A stretch of DNA of 64,000 nucleotides from the human T2T-CHM13v2.0 reference genome, Homo sapiens, in NCBI RefSeq assembly GCF_009914755.1, contig NC_060928.1, one strand, 5' to 3'. A program made the position numbers and the translations under genes. Positions 63,691 through 64,000 of the stretch are shown one piece after another (the stretch's first letter is position 1; each line of letters starts with the position of its first letter). The notes beneath the pieces were generated by a model, which was given only the letters and a program-made list of their open reading frames with translations, was not told where the DNA came from and ran no database searches.

Positions 63691-64000
63691 GGTTTCTGGG
63701 ACTGTCTGGTGTGTTTTCTGTCTATTGAACCCTTTCCTTTCGACGTCTCTTCTGAATATTGACTCATCGGGTTGTAGAAATCCAGGGACAGAGTTGACAT
63801 CACTGGGCATTTTAGCCAAAAAGCAGTGCTCGGGACTGCATGTGCCAGAAGTAAACTTGTCAAAACTCAGATTGTGTTTCCCCTAAAGTCAGCTTAAAGT
63901 GCAATGGTAGAAGAGCACGGTCTCTCCCCAAGACGGCCTGAGCTTAAACTGCAGCGCTGTCACTTGCTAGCTATGGGACCTAGGCAAATACATCGTCTCC

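Overview
This is primate (almost certainly human) genomic DNA, AT-rich and mostly made of interspersed repeats; nothing in it looks prokaryotic. It holds the 5' half of SLC9B1 (NHA1/NHEDC1, the testis/sperm Na+/H+ exchanger, 4q24) on the minus strand: a CpG-island promoter and non-coding exon 1 (~63485-63600), the ATG-bearing exon 2 (35524-35593) and exon 3 (33681-33822). Together these encode MHTTESKNEHLEDENFQTSTTPQ|SLIDPNNTAHEETK...VIITN. Intron 3 continues off the left edge and hosts an antisense ACTR3B retrocopy (probably ACTR3BP4). The rest is layered L1s, Alus, four two-LTR MaLR proviruses, L2/MIR remnants and a MER1B. Main observations: (1) a 133-codon stop-free frame runs through the promoter and exon 1, begins exactly at a candidate splice acceptor and splices in frame onto the SLC9B1 ATG, so it could be an N-terminal extension or an SLC9B2-SLC9B1 read-through; (2) the ACTR3B retrocopy keeps 128 nt at the intron-1 position; (3) there is a ~205-bp, ~93%-identical inverted duplication at the 5' end of an ancient full-length L1; (4) all four MaLR proviruses lie in the sense orientation of the host gene, one with TATA and splice donor 1.1 kb upstream of the ATG exon. 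Repeat subfamily names and gene identities come from recognising sequence by eye, not from database searches. No new biological system can be demonstrated from the sequence alone.
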